A stretch of 63,969 nucleotides of DNA, counting the filler, from Octopus bimaculoides (taxonomy: Eukaryota), in NCBI RefSeq assembly GCF_001194135.2. It is 11 parts of 10 records of this genome, joined end to end, with 100 filler letters (N's around TTAATTAATTAA, not from the genome) between each part and the next. Parts side by side here need not be neighbours in the genome. Positions count along the whole stretch, not along the records: positions 31,147 to 41,061 come from NC_068998.1; positions 41,162 to 50,229 come from NC_068989.1; positions 50,330 to 62,740 come from NC_068993.1; 8 more parts are not named here. One strand, written 5' to 3'. Positions 38,972 through 51,575 of this stretch are shown piece by piece. The position numbers and the translations under genes were made by a program. The notes under the pieces were generated by a model. That model was not told where the DNA came from, did no database searches, and saw only the letters and a list, made by a program, of their open reading frames with translations. Positions within the stretch are counted from its first letter, which is position 1. The number at the start of each line of letters is the position of its first letter.

Positions 38972-40334
38972 TGTCTATTATGTTTCTTTGTGTATCCCCG
39001 AGGTTGATAAGTTCATAGAAACCTAGTCAGGTTTCTCGGAATCATGAACTCAGAAATCTAAATCTTGTCATGTGAAATCCATAACTGTGCTTCGACCATA
39101 ATATCTATTCTGTTCGACTTAAGATTAGACGCGAGATGTGTGTGTATATGTTTATTTAAATACGTGTTCATATATACATATATATGTGTGTGTATATAGC
39201 TAGTAGACATTTTGTTTATTTTCTTATGATTTTTGTTCGTAGATGTTTATATTAATACGTGTTATACACTCATACATACCTGTGAACATACATGCATGTA
39301 TGTATTATAATATATTAATATACTGCAGGTTGTCCCATGGGTTTTCTGGTGCGTGTGTGTATATGTGTGTGCGTGTGTGTGTGTGTACATCCATCATCTA
39401 CACCAGAGAGGGAGAATGATAATGATACAGATAGAATTAGAAAGAGTGAGAGAGAGAAACAGAGAGAGAGAGATAGAGAGAGAATGGGGCGAGAGAGCGC
39501 GCGAGCCATGCCAAAGAATATATTGAGGAACGCGAAAATGTCTCCTCAGCCTGTTGCTATTCACAATAAATTCTCGCAGACAGAATCGTTAAGATGACAT
39601 AAACACAATAACAGAACGAACTAAAGATCTTTTCCGTTTCCAACCGACGTCTAAATAGACGCCATCTATTATTCTACAGACACACCGTCATACAGCAAGC
39701 GCCCTCCTCAACAATCCTCGCAAAATGAACAAAAACAAAAAAAAAAACACAAACCGAGGGAAAACATGGAATAAATAAATATAAAGAAATAAGATCCAAG
39801 TATGTATATATTTGTTTGTGTATATAAATTTTTGTGTATATATATAAATTTGTGCATATGTATATATGTTCATATAGATCTGTGTTTCTGTCTATGCATG
39901 TACATATAAATTTAGCTATGTATATGCGTGGACACACATACATATATGTATGCATGTATGTATATATGTATGCATGTATGTATATATGTATGCATGTTTT
40001 GCGTTTCGCACTTTATTTTCGGTTGTATAGACCGGATATATCGGATTAAGCGATGACATATCTTCCATGATATTACATTTCAATAAATTCCAACAAGATT
40101 TGCATTTAAATCTAATTTTGGTTAGAATTTGATGTTAAGCAGTGACATTATACTGTTAAATATACAAAGATGGAGTTTAGACGTCTTTGTTTCGACAAGA
40201 ACGAAACAAGGGACATCTTTACACGTTTGATTACTTTCTCAGATCGAGAATTTCATACAATCACAAAGCGCAGTTTCTTCGAATGAGAACCTATATTTTT
40301 ATCGATTCATCAACTAAATTCGGTTGTTGTACCT

Positions 40335-40635
40335 ATCCTTAACTATGGTCGTGAATATTGTGTAATGAACGAACGAGAACGATCGCGAATACAAAAGGCC
40401 GAAATGGGAATCGTCCACGAGGTCTCTAAAGTAACGTTACTCGACAAGGTGCGTAACTCGGAGCTCAGATTGTCTCTCTTGGTCAAGCTGTTAATTCTCC
40501 ACATCGAGAGGTACGGCTCCATCGTACTGTCATTAGAAGGTATCATGACAGAATCGCAGAACGGATACTTCAAGATGAGAATCAGCTGGGGACTTAGAAG
40601 TAGACCAAGAACGCGATGATTAGATAATATCCAGA
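40335..40635 (+). mobile_element. RTE-clade LINE ORF C-terminal remnant
   Basis: Reads LNYGREYCVMNERERSRIQKAEMGIV...TLLDKVRNSELR...LHIER...RSRPRTR*LDNI, matching the RTE pattern YGxExW...EM...DxVRN...RGRP. Confidence 0.8.
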
Positions 40636-40636
40636 G

Positions 40637-40782
40637 GTAGCTGTGTGACAAGAAGCTTGCTTCCCAACTACATGGTTCGTAGTTCAGTCTCATTGCGTGG
40701 TATCTCCTACAATAGTATTGGGCCGACCGAGGCCTTTTGAGTGGATTTGGTAGACGCAAACTGAAAGAAGCCCGTCGTATAT
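40637..40782 (+). mobile_element. SINE family A, 5' half, diverged
   Basis: agcttgcttcccaactacatggttc...gagtggatttggtagacgcaaactgaaagaagcccgtcg. Confidence 0.8.
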
Positions 40783-41161
40783 CGAAACGCCTAATTTAGA
40801 ATAGAGGCAGCTGATGAAGTAAAAGTTCCATTTGTGGCTTGTCTGTTTTCCTATGTGTTCATTCTGTTGTCCCTAAAAAGATTCGTTTTTTGTGCCTTGT
40901 TTATGTTCCCGTTCCTTTTTTGTCCACATTTTTTGACGTCCTGTATCCGGATATGCATCTATATATATACATGTAGATGTAGGTATGTACATATATGTAT
41001 GTATATATGCATATGCTCACATATCATTCGTATTATTATTATTATATATATATATATATATNNNNNNNNNNNNNNNNNNNNNNNNNNNNNNNNNNNNNNN
41101 NNNNNTTAATTAATTAANNNNNNNNNNNNNNNNNNNNNNNNNNNNNNNNNNNNNNNNNNNN

Positions 41162-41205
41162 TTCTTCTTCTTCTTCTTCTTCTTCTTCTTCTTCTTCTTC
41201 TTCTT

Positions 41206-41286
<81 letters not shown>

Positions 41287-41287
41287 T
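41162..41287 (+). repeat. Compound (TTC)n(ATT)n microsatellite abutting the VWA splice acceptor
   Basis: Directly visible. Confidence 0.95.
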
Positions 41288-41295
41288 CTTTGCAG

Positions 41296-41852
41296 TTTGT
41301 GGAGTGACCCCTACCGACATTGTTTTTCTCCTAGACGCTTCCGGAAGTATCTCAAATGGAAATTTCGATATTCAACTCGATTTTCTCAGAAAATTTGTAA
41401 ACAGCTCCATAATCGGTAGAAATTCAACCCAAATCGGTCTAGTACTTTTCTCTTCTAATGTTTACAACAAATTTAACATGAACGTCTATCACGACAAGAA
41501 AGCTTTAATTAATGCCATCTGGGGTGTTAAAAGAACAGCAGGAAGCACAAAAACCGCAGATGGACTGAAATATGTTCGCACTAACAGCTTAATACACGGT
41601 TCAAGGAAGAACGCTCAACACGTTGTAGTAGTCATTACAGATGGTCAGTCAGATAACAAGGCAACAACCAAATCTGAAGCTGCTCTTTTACATAAACTTC
41701 CACATACAACTGTGATTTCTATAGGTGTCGGTCGTTCTGTGGATAGAGCAGAACTTGACAGCATCGCATCTGATAAAAATCATGTTTTCATGGTTAGTGA
41801 TTTTAGCACATTGAAAAAGATCACCTCAGAACTGTTCCGAGCCGCATGTTAA
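41296..41852 (+). CDS. Terminal exon encoding a von Willebrand factor A (VWA) domain, matrilin/collagen VI-like extracellular type
   Basis: Acceptor ttctttgcag at 41286-41295, phase 1. Uninterrupted frame CGVTPTDIVFLLDASGSIS...GSTKTADGL...VVVVITDGQS...VISIGVG...ELDSIAS...RAAC*, with MIDAS DxSxS, T and D all present. TAA at 41850-41852, AATAAA at 41926 and 41930. The ORF-track GTG start at 41304 is not the real start. Confidence 0.93.
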
Positions 41853-41925
41853 AGTGTTTTCTTTTAAGAGACAAGAAACAAAAATGGCGGTACTACTTTC
41901 TATGGAAAGATCGAAAGATGAAGAA

Positions 41926-41935
41926 AATAAATAAA
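41926..41935 (+). promoter_or_regulatory. Overlapping AATAAA polyadenylation signals after the VWA stop
   Basis: AATAAA at 41926-41931 and 41930-41935, about 75 nt after the stop. The sequence is AT-rich, so chance occurrence is possible. Confidence 0.45.
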
Positions 41936-42022
41936 GTAAAAGTTGTTATTTTGTCTTTAATACTTTGTTTACTCTCACCTATCTCCTGCATGTCCAATTT
42001 GTCTTTTATCCTAAAAAAGATC

Positions 42023-42470
42023 GATAAAATAAGGCCCAGTTGATAAAATAAGGCCCAGTTGATAAAATAAGGCCCAGTTGATAAAATAAGGCCCAGTTGA
42101 TAAAATAAGGCCCAGTTGATAAAATAAGGCCCAGTTGATAAAATAAGGCCCAGTTGNNNNNNNNNNNNNNNNNNNNNNNNNNNNNNNNNNNNNNNNNNNN
42201 NNNNNNNNNNNNNNNNNNNNNNNNNNNNNNNNNNNNNNNNNNNNNNNNNNNNNNNNNNNNNNNNNNNNNNNNNNNNNNNNNNNNNNNNNNNNNNNNNNNN
42301 NNNNNNNNNNNNNNNNNNNAAGGCTCAGTTGATAAAATAAGGCCCAGTTGATAAAATAAGGCTCAGTTGATAAAATAAGGCCCAGTTGATAAAATAAGGC
42401 CCAGTTGATAAAATAAGGCCCAGTTGATAAAATAAGGCCCAGTTGATAAAATAAGGCCCAGTTGATAAAA
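42023..42470 (+). repeat. 19-bp minisatellite GATAAAATAAGGCCCAGTT, spanning a gap
   Basis: About seven visible units on each side of the gap; two units read GGCTC instead of GGCCC. Confidence 0.95.
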
Positions 42471-43430
42471 GAAAATGCGTGCCACGCCAAGAAGAAGCCT
42501 AAATGTGGATACTGTTAGAAATAGGCAAATACTCCCTCAAATCATACTTTAACTTCAGAAAAGAATAGAGGGGGACACATTAGATAATGTAGACTAAGAT
42601 ACCACACACTGAAAAACGAAAGACAAACGTGACAGTTACAGCGAGAATATATTTGATCATAGGCCTACTCGATCAACACTGACCTGGGGCTAAACAACCA
42701 GAAAACAATAACAACGTGCTGGACAACTGTAGTCGATTATACATGAGAAGGCACTGCTCCAGCATGACCGCAAAACAATGAGCGAAACAAGTAATAGAAT
42801 ATAGCAGAATACTCTTTAGCTGTCATTATCGAATTGTCATCGCATCGCTAAGCGCGGTGGTCTTGTGTCAAACTTCCGCTCGTTTGAATCGGCGACGCCA
42901 TTTTTTCTTTCGGAGGTGTGGTTATTTCTCTTATCAAATTAGTACTTTTACGAAAAGAACGGATGTCATGATATCCCATTTTTCCTTCTAATGAAATCAA
43001 TAGAGCTGATTACTTTGCAGTATACATTAACGGGACTTATGGAAATTGCACGTTTCTACTTCGATACTTAGGACAAAATGCATTGGACAATGTTGCCATT
43101 AGTATAAAACAAAACAGACTGCCCCCACCCCCACCGGAAAAGGGGTGATGGTGGTCTCGGATGGAATACCTTTGATCTGAAATCTGTTCAATTCGAACTG
43201 AGCTGGGATAACAGCATCAACAACATCGTGATACTGATGAACAACTAATTATTATGTTGCTTGTCACGGTATGTACTCAGGGTTACGCCTTAAATAGCCT
43301 TAACTGTAAAACAAAATAGAAAACAAAATCAATAGCTTTAAGATATTGATTTATTTTCGCTTGTTAGTAATGTTTTTTTATAAAGTAATCATGCAAAAGG
43401 GAAGTTTATCTTAACATTATTATTATTATA

Positions 43431-43824
43431 CTCTTTTACTCTTTTACTTGTTTCAGTCATTTGACTGTGGCCATGCTGGAGCACCGCCTTTAGTCGAGCA
43501 AATCGACCCCAGGACTTATTCTTTGGAAGCCTGGTACTTATTCTATCGGTCTCTTTTGCCGAACCGCTAAGTTACGAGGACGTAAACACACCAGCATCGG
43601 TTGTCAAGTGATGTTGGGGGGACAAACACAGACACGCAAACATATACAGACACATTCATATATATATACATATATACGACGGGCTTCTTTCAGTTTCCGT
43701 CTACCAAATCCATTCACAAGGCTTTGGTCGGCCTGAGGCTATAGTAGAAGACACTTGCCCAAGGTGCTACGCAGTGGGACTGAACCCGGGACCATGTGGT
43801 TGGTAAGCAAGCTACTTACCACAC
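43431..43824 (-). mobile_element. SINE family A, near full length
   Basis: Reverse complement of the 12209-12611 copy; tail ctcttttactcttttact next to (ATT)n. Confidence 0.9.
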
Positions 43825-44146
43825 GTCTTTTATTTCCAGAGATGGGGTTGTTTAAAGCATGATACTTCAAAATATTTCAAAAAATATAATGATGTCATAA
43901 AAGGAAAAAAAAAATTAACAAATAGACAAAAAGAAGGAATCATAAGGTCGGTGATATCGATTTTGTCTTTAGTTTGTTCTACAGTTAAGGATATCTAAAG
44001 CGTAACATCGAACACAAATAATAACAAGCAGAATACTACTTCAGATTACTAATCATGGTTTTCTTGTCGCTCTTAATGTCTAGTTTTTGAACAGGTTTTA
44101 ATTTAACAGAACTCTGATCGAAGGACCTCCATCTGCGACCACCACT

Positions 44147-44207
<61 letters not shown>

Positions 44208-44210
<3 letters not shown>

Positions 44211-44465
44211 TTTATCTTTTGTTTCAGTCATTAGACTGCGGCCATGCTGGGGCATCGCCTTGAAGATTTTAGTCGAATGAATCGACCCTAGTATTTCTTT
44301 ATTAAAGCCTGTTCCTTATTCTATCGATCTTTTTTGGCGAACCGTTAGACTACAGGAGCGCAAACTCACTAACACCGATGGTCAATCGGCGGTGGGGTAA
44401 AAACACACCAACACTAGTTTTGGCGCGCAAACACAAACTCACACATACACACACACACACACACG

Positions 44466-44497
<32 letters not shown>

Positions 44498-44630
44498 ATT
44501 ATATATATATATACATACGACGGGCATCTTTCAGTTTCGGCTCGAGGCTATAGTAAAAGGTTCATGCCTAAGGTTCCGCGCAGTGGGACTGAACCCGGGA
44601 CCATGTGGTTGCAAAGCAAGCTTTTTACTA
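44208..44630 (-). mobile_element. SINE family A, diverged
   Basis: gtttcagtcattagactgcggccatgctgggg...cagtgggactgaacccgggaccatgtgg. Confidence 0.8.
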
Positions 44631-45658
44631 TATATATATAGTTTTAGGGAAAATAACCAATTTTCAAGAACTCATCGATGAAAATCCACTATCACATATA
44701 GAAAAATTAATAATTAAAAGCACAATAAATGAGTATAATATAAAGTAAAGTAAATATCATAAGATAAATATAATAAAAAGATTACACGTGTTTCATAACC
44801 AATTTTCAAATAGAAAAGAAATTTAAATCGATTAAAATCAATTGAAATTATCGAAAATAAATTCTATTCAAAAATATAGCTACTCGTCAGATCGTAAGTA
44901 GAACAATAATTAGATATATATCTCAACCAACAANNNNNNNNNNNNNNNNNNNNNNNNNNNNNNNNNNNNNNNNNNNNNNNNNNNNNNNNNNNNNNNNNNN
45001 NNNNNNNNNNNNNNNNNNNNNNNNNNNNNNNNNNNNNNNNNNNNNNNNNNNNNNNNNNNNNNNNNNNNNNNNNNNNNNNNNNNNNNNNNNNNNNNNNNNN
45101 NNNNNNNNNNNNNNNNNNNNNNNNNNNNNNNNNNNNNNNNNNNNNNNNNNNNNNNNNNNNNNNNNNNNNNNNNNNNNNNNNNNNNNNNNNNNNNNNNNNN
45201 NNNNNNNNNNNNNNNNNNNNNNNNNNNNNNNNNNNNNNNNNNNNNNNNNNNNNNNNNNNNNNNNNNNNNNNNNNNNNNNNNNNNNNNNNNNNNNNNNNNN
45301 NNNNNNNNNNNNNNNNNNNNNNNNNNNNNNNNNNNNNNNNNNNNNNNNNNNNNNNNNNNNNNNNNNNNNNNNNNNNNNNNNNNNNNNNNNNNNNNNNNNN
45401 NNNNNNNNNNNNNNNNNNNNNNNNNNNNNNNNNNNNNNNNNNNNNNNNNNNNNNNNNNNNNNNNNNNNNNNNNNNNNNNNNNNNNNNNNNNNNNNNNNNN
45501 NNNNNNNNNNNNNNNNNNNNNNNNNNNNNNNNNNNNNNNNNNNNNNNNNNNNNNNNNNNNNNNNNNNNNNNNNNNNNNNNNNNNNNNNNNNNNNNNNNNN
45601 NNNNNNNNNNNNNNNNNNNNNNNNNNNNNNNNNNNNNNNNNNNNNNNNNNNNNNNNNN

Positions 45659-45717
<59 letters not shown>

Positions 45718-46446
45718 GTGTATATATTTATATATATATTTATATATACACACAAATACACAAACGCACGCACACACGCTCGCGCGCGCACACACGCTCG
45801 CGCGCGCACACACACGGCATGTATCCTTCGGCGGCACCTGAAATTAGGAGGTAAAGCATCCGAAGAAAAGTTGCAAAGCGTTTTGTCCGAATGTCTAGTA
45901 ATTCTGCTAATACTAAAATGAAACGAGAAATGTGTATGATTGAGTTACTAGATGTCTCGTGTTGGGAAACCAACTGAAGGGTTGGTGGTTTGAATCCAAC
46001 CTGTCACTGGTGTTATATTGTGTCTGCGGGGCAGTCTCTCGTAAGCACGAACTAATACCGCAATTTTCAAACAATATTGCTGAAACTACTGGCGGCTCTA
46101 AGAAACACGTGGATGTTCCGTTGGTTTGCAGTGCTGAGTTCAACACCTCTGTGGGTATATAATCTAGAGAGATATGGATTACGAGGAAGTTGTCAGACAA
46201 TTTGATCTTGATAGACAGCACAAAACCTTCAGTGGTGACCCCATCGATGTTAATGGGGTTTGTTACTTACCTTTGATCTTATATATTTAAAACAAAATGG
46301 AAGAAAATTTCCTAGAACAGACACGCATATATATATATATATTTATACACGCGCATAATAGCAAAGTCTTGCATACCTACACAAACATACAATCTCAAAG
46401 AAGCGCACGCAGACACACACATATGCACAAAATTTTACACACACAC

Positions 46447-46509
<63 letters not shown>

Positions 46510-47161
46510 NNNNNNNNNNNNNNNNNNNNNNNNNNNNNNNNNNNNNNNNNNNNNNNNNNNNNNNNNNNNNNNNNNNNNNNNNNNNNNNNNNNNNNNNNNN
46601 NNNNNNNNNNNNNNNNNNNNNNNNNNNNNNNNNNNNNNNNNNNNNNNNNNNNNNNNNNNNNNNNNNNNNNNNNNNNNNNNNNNNNNNNNNNNNNNNNNNN
46701 NNNNNNNNNNNNNNNNNNNNNNNNNNNNNNNNNNNNNNNNNNNNNNNNNNNNNNNNNNNNNNNNNNNNNNNNNNNNNNNNNNNNNNNNNNNNNNNNNNNN
46801 NNNNNNNNNNNNNNNNNNNNNNNNNNNNNNNNNNNNNNNNNNNNNNNNNNNNNNNNNNNNNNNNNNNNNNNNNNNNNNNNNNNNNNNNNNNNNNNNNNNN
46901 NNNNNNNNNNNNNNNNNNNNNNNNNNNNNNNNNNNNNNNNNNNNNNNNNNNNNNNNNNNNNNNNNNNNNNNNNNNNNNNNNNNNNNNNNNNNNNNNNNNN
47001 NNNNNNNNNNNNNNNNNNNNNNNNNNNNNNNNNNNNNNNNTATATATATATATATAGTGTATGCGTGTGTGTGCATATATACATATGCATATGTACACAC
47101 CCATATCCTTACATATACATAGGCATATGTCTGTATATATGTATATATATATAAGAATATA

Positions 47162-47196
<35 letters not shown>

Positions 47197-48394
47197 CTTC
47201 ACACACACACATACACACACAAACACAGACACATGCAAATACACGCACACACACTCATATATACACACTTACACATATGTGCATATATGCCTATATAAAT
47301 ATAAAAGCGTCTGCATTCATGTATACTAATAATGTATGTAAACGTGTATGTGTTTCGATGTATATTTGCGAGCATGTGTATGTATGAATGCGTATGCGCA
47401 TGTGCTCTATACGTATAATCCATAATTCTATATACATATTCATAAACGAATACATATACAACACAGATACAAACAGAGATACAAACCCATTTCAACATGA
47501 ATGAAGAGAAGAGCTACGAAGAGTCAAGATTTGCAGTTTCACTGAGTTACAACTGGAGCAGATCATTGATTATGCATCAGAATAGCTGAAACGGAGGAAA
47601 GTGGAGCATAAGCTGACTTTATCACGAAGGAATCTGTCTGCAGGGTACTTTTCGTATTAAGGACGTTCACTTCTCATTCACCAAAATCCTTTTTGATGCT
47701 AAGCTTATCAATCAATATATATTTGAACAGTTTATCAATTTATCGCTCCAGCCACACGATAGCAAGAGAAGAATAAACTTATATTAGATGATAAATGCAA
47801 CCGAACAAACCCGAACAGAATCGAATATAAGCGAAAACCTCCGAACTAAGCCGAGTACAATTAGTATATCGGCGTAATCGAGAAGCCAGCGGTTGTGCCG
47901 GTAGTGCTTCTAAAATCGACGCACCAATACGTCTCTCTTCCCCCCTCTCTCTCTCTCTCTTGCTCTCTCTCACTCTCTTGCTCTCTCTCACTCTCCTGCT
48001 CTCTCTCACTCTCCTTCTCTCTCTCTTCTCTCCCTCTCTGTCTGTCTGTCTCTTTATCTCTCTCATTCTCTCCAGCTTTCTCTATCTCTCTTTCTCTCAC
48101 GCACGCACACGAACGTACAAACTAACCAGGTAGCCTATTTATGGTTGTTTGACCTGTTAGAAATAGCAAACAAATTCCCTCTAAATATTACGTATCACCT
48201 TTAAAAAATAAGTGATTGGACGTGTTAGCTAATGCATTTCTAGAAATACGGTTTGTATAATAAAAAATGAGGATGGTCACGGGAGGAACGCCATTGATCA
48301 TAGGCTTCCTTTATTAAGGTTGATCAGGAGTTAACCAATACCATTAACAGCAACAACTAAAATGCAATCAATGTAACGGGTCGTTAAATTGTTT

Positions 48395-48690
48395 TATCTT
48401 TTACTTGTTTAAAACATTGAACTGCGGCTATGCTGGGGCACAGTTTAGAAGGGTTATGTTTGGTACTTATGCTACTATCAAGCGATAGGAAGGAAAACAC
48501 AAATAAGAAGGCACACATTAACACACACACACACATACGACGGATTTGCACACAGTTTCCATAGATCAAATTCACTCAAAAGAAGTTGGTCTGCCCAAGG
48601 ATATAGTGGAAGACACTTGCCGAAAGTGCTGCACAGTGGGATTGAACTTAAAACCACGAAGACACAAAATGAACTTCTTAACCACACTGC
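48395..48690 (-). mobile_element. SINE family A, old diverged copy
   Basis: ttttacttgttt...ctgcggctatgctggggca...gaagacacttgcc...cagtgggattgaac. Confidence 0.65.
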
Positions 48691-48890
48691 CGTACCTGCG
48701 TCTTATAGATAATTATTTAAGTAGGGAGAATTAGAAAGTTAATAAGAAATGAATATGTGACGAGGAAAAGGAAAAAACTACAACATTAGCCAATGAATAA
48801 ATACATGTTGATAATTTCATGAAGTACTGGAGACAACTCGGGTCATGTTTCAAACTATTTCGACCTCATATATGAATATCCATAGATGTG

Positions 48891-48956
<66 letters not shown>

Positions 48957-49750
48957 TCTATATATACATGTAGATGTAGGTATGTACATATGTGTACGTA
49001 TATATGCATATACTCACATATTGTTTGTATTATTATATGTATATATAATATGTATATATATGTGTGTGTGTACGTGTGTATATATGTGTCTATATGTGTC
49101 TATATGTGTCTATGAATATGTATACGCTCACACACACACATATATATAGATCAACAGATACATCTATTCATGTATTATTACCTTTACATATACACACATA
49201 CATACGTTCGTACATACATACATACATAGATTCATACATACACACACATATATGTATGAGAGAGAATGACATCTATATACACTGTGTTTCTTCTTTCTGC
49301 TCGACTGCAAGTGTAGGATAATTGAAATTTATAGAAAATTCCAAAGAGTTCGATGGAATATTGATACAAGAAGTCACGGACAAAAAGTTTATGCCTCATT
49401 TAGTCATCTATTTGAGTCCATTTCTTCTCAGCACACACACACTCACACGCACATATACACACAGATACGCAAACAGACACGCACTCTTTCGCATAGGTGA
49501 CACGACCTATAAACAGTAGATCAGGCTACACAAAGCAATATTGGGCTATATATGTGTGTGTGTGAGTGTATGTGTGTATGTATGTATGTATATATGCATA
49601 CATACATACATACATGCATACATGCATACATACATACATACATACATACATACATTCATACATAAATATATATAGAAAAGCAAAAGACGAAGACAAGTGT
49701 ATAAACAACAAGCAGGTGCATTAATTTGACGCTCGGGAAGGTGAGAAAGT

Positions 49751-49786
49751 CTTTTACGTTTCGAGCTTACGCTCTTCAACAGAAAG
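49751..49786 (-). ncRNA. Minimal type I hammerhead-ribozyme-like motif, degenerate core
   Basis: Minus strand CUUU-CUGUUGA-A-GAGC(GUAA)GCUC-GAAAC-GUA-AAAG. Stem I and stem II pair; the core differs from CUGANGA at A6. Confidence 0.5.
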
Positions 49787-50329
49787 GAACACAAGGAAAT
49801 AAACAGAGAGAGAATATATAATCTTGTGGATTTAGCGGTCAACCATGCATATGTATGTATGTATATGTATATATTACTACTACGTATCTCGCTTTACCCC
49901 TCTCGTTCTTCTTCTGTTACTACTACGTATCTCTTTTTTCCCCCTCGTATTTCCTCTCTTTCTCTTTTCCCCTGTTGCTCACCTATTCTTCTACTTCCTC
50001 CCTTTCTTTCTCCCTCTACCACTCTCTCTACCGGCATGGTCACATGCTTCCGGTCAATAATCCTTTCCTTCCTTGGCATTCGCCAAGCAACGCACGCACC
50101 ACTTTGTCCCTCTCAAGTTCGTGCCTCATCGCGTTCATACACACATAATTTTTCTCGTCTGGCCGTAAAGCCTTTTCTGTTTGTTTTCCTGTCTTGTTTT
50201 TTGTCCGCCACTACATTCCTCCATGGCTANNNNNNNNNNNNNNNNNNNNNNNNNNNNNNNNNNNNNNNNNNNNTTAATTAATTAANNNNNNNNNNNNNNN
50301 NNNNNNNNNNNNNNNNNNNNNNNNNNNNN

Positions 50330-50366
<37 letters not shown>

Positions 50367-50856
50367 TGCGTGCGTGTGCGTGTGTGTATGTATGTGTTTT
50401 TTGGGGTAAATGGGATGCCGGCATCACTGAATTGCTAAGAAGTTCGCTCCACATCAAGAAATCTAATTGCATCAGGTCACGCTTTGTAAGTGAAATCGGA
50501 TGTATCTGTTGGTTGTATCTGTAATTTGAATGTCTGTCCTTATCATACTGTGTCACGCTAACTCGGCCTCAATGTTACATTAACGTTAGACGTTTCTATG
50601 GAGTACTCAGCTACGCATGCGTTAATTTAACAATTTATCGAAGAGCTAGATGCTCATCGTCGAAATCGACGAAAACTCCAGCATCAGCAGCAGTAGTGGT
50701 ACCAGCAACTGTATGTATATATGTATGTAAGAGTATGTGTGTTTTGGTATATGTGCGTTTATGTGCATGTATGTTTGTGTGTATGACTCTTTATGTCTAT
50801 GTGCTGTTCGTTGTGTGGAGATATGTCTGTGTGTATGAGAGGGAAAGAGAGAGAGA

Positions 50857-50925
<69 letters not shown>

Positions 50926-51224
50926 TGATCATTCGTTTATCTTTCCAACATAACAATAAGCGATTATTTAAGCATTTCCGTTCTGTATTTCAAGTTCACG
51001 GATCTGCTTTTATATTGTTTAAAAAACCGATGCATTCAAAACCACTTGAGAGAACTTACTTATCTAAATAGAATTAAGTGTCTTTCAAACTCAAACTCAT
51101 GTCCGTGGGAGTCATAAACTTGAAAACCTATAAACATGATTTCCATATGTTTTATCCAGTCCCCTTTTATTGTTTTTCAACACATGCTCACTTGGCGTGC
51201 TCATATGTCTTAGTGTATTACCCT

Positions 51225-51575
51225 TATTGCCTTGGTTCTGAGTTCAAATCTGAACGGGGTCAGCTTTGCTCTTCTTCCCTTTGGAGTCGATAAACAAAAG
51301 TACCAGACAAGTACAAGTGTTGATGGCATTCCCTATTCCTCGTCCCTCAAAACTGCTGATCTGGAGCTTGGCAGAATCGTTAGCACGCCGGACAAAGTGC
51401 TTAGCAATATTTCGTCCTTCTCTACGTTCTGAGTTCAAATTCCACCGAGGTCGACTTCGCTTTTCATCCTTCTGGACTCGATAAATTAAGTACCAGTGAA
51501 ACGCTGGGGGTCGATGTTATCGACTATTCCCCTCCTACCAAAATTTCAGGCCTTGTGCCAATAGTAGAAAGGATT
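51225..51575 (+). mobile_element. Two tandem SINE family B copies
   Basis: Partial copy 51225-51350, near-complete copy 51360-51575. Confidence 0.85.

Noticed and set aside
39655-39670. YY1-like AGATGGCG on the minus strand
   Set aside because: It is a single partial motif with no supporting promoter evidence.
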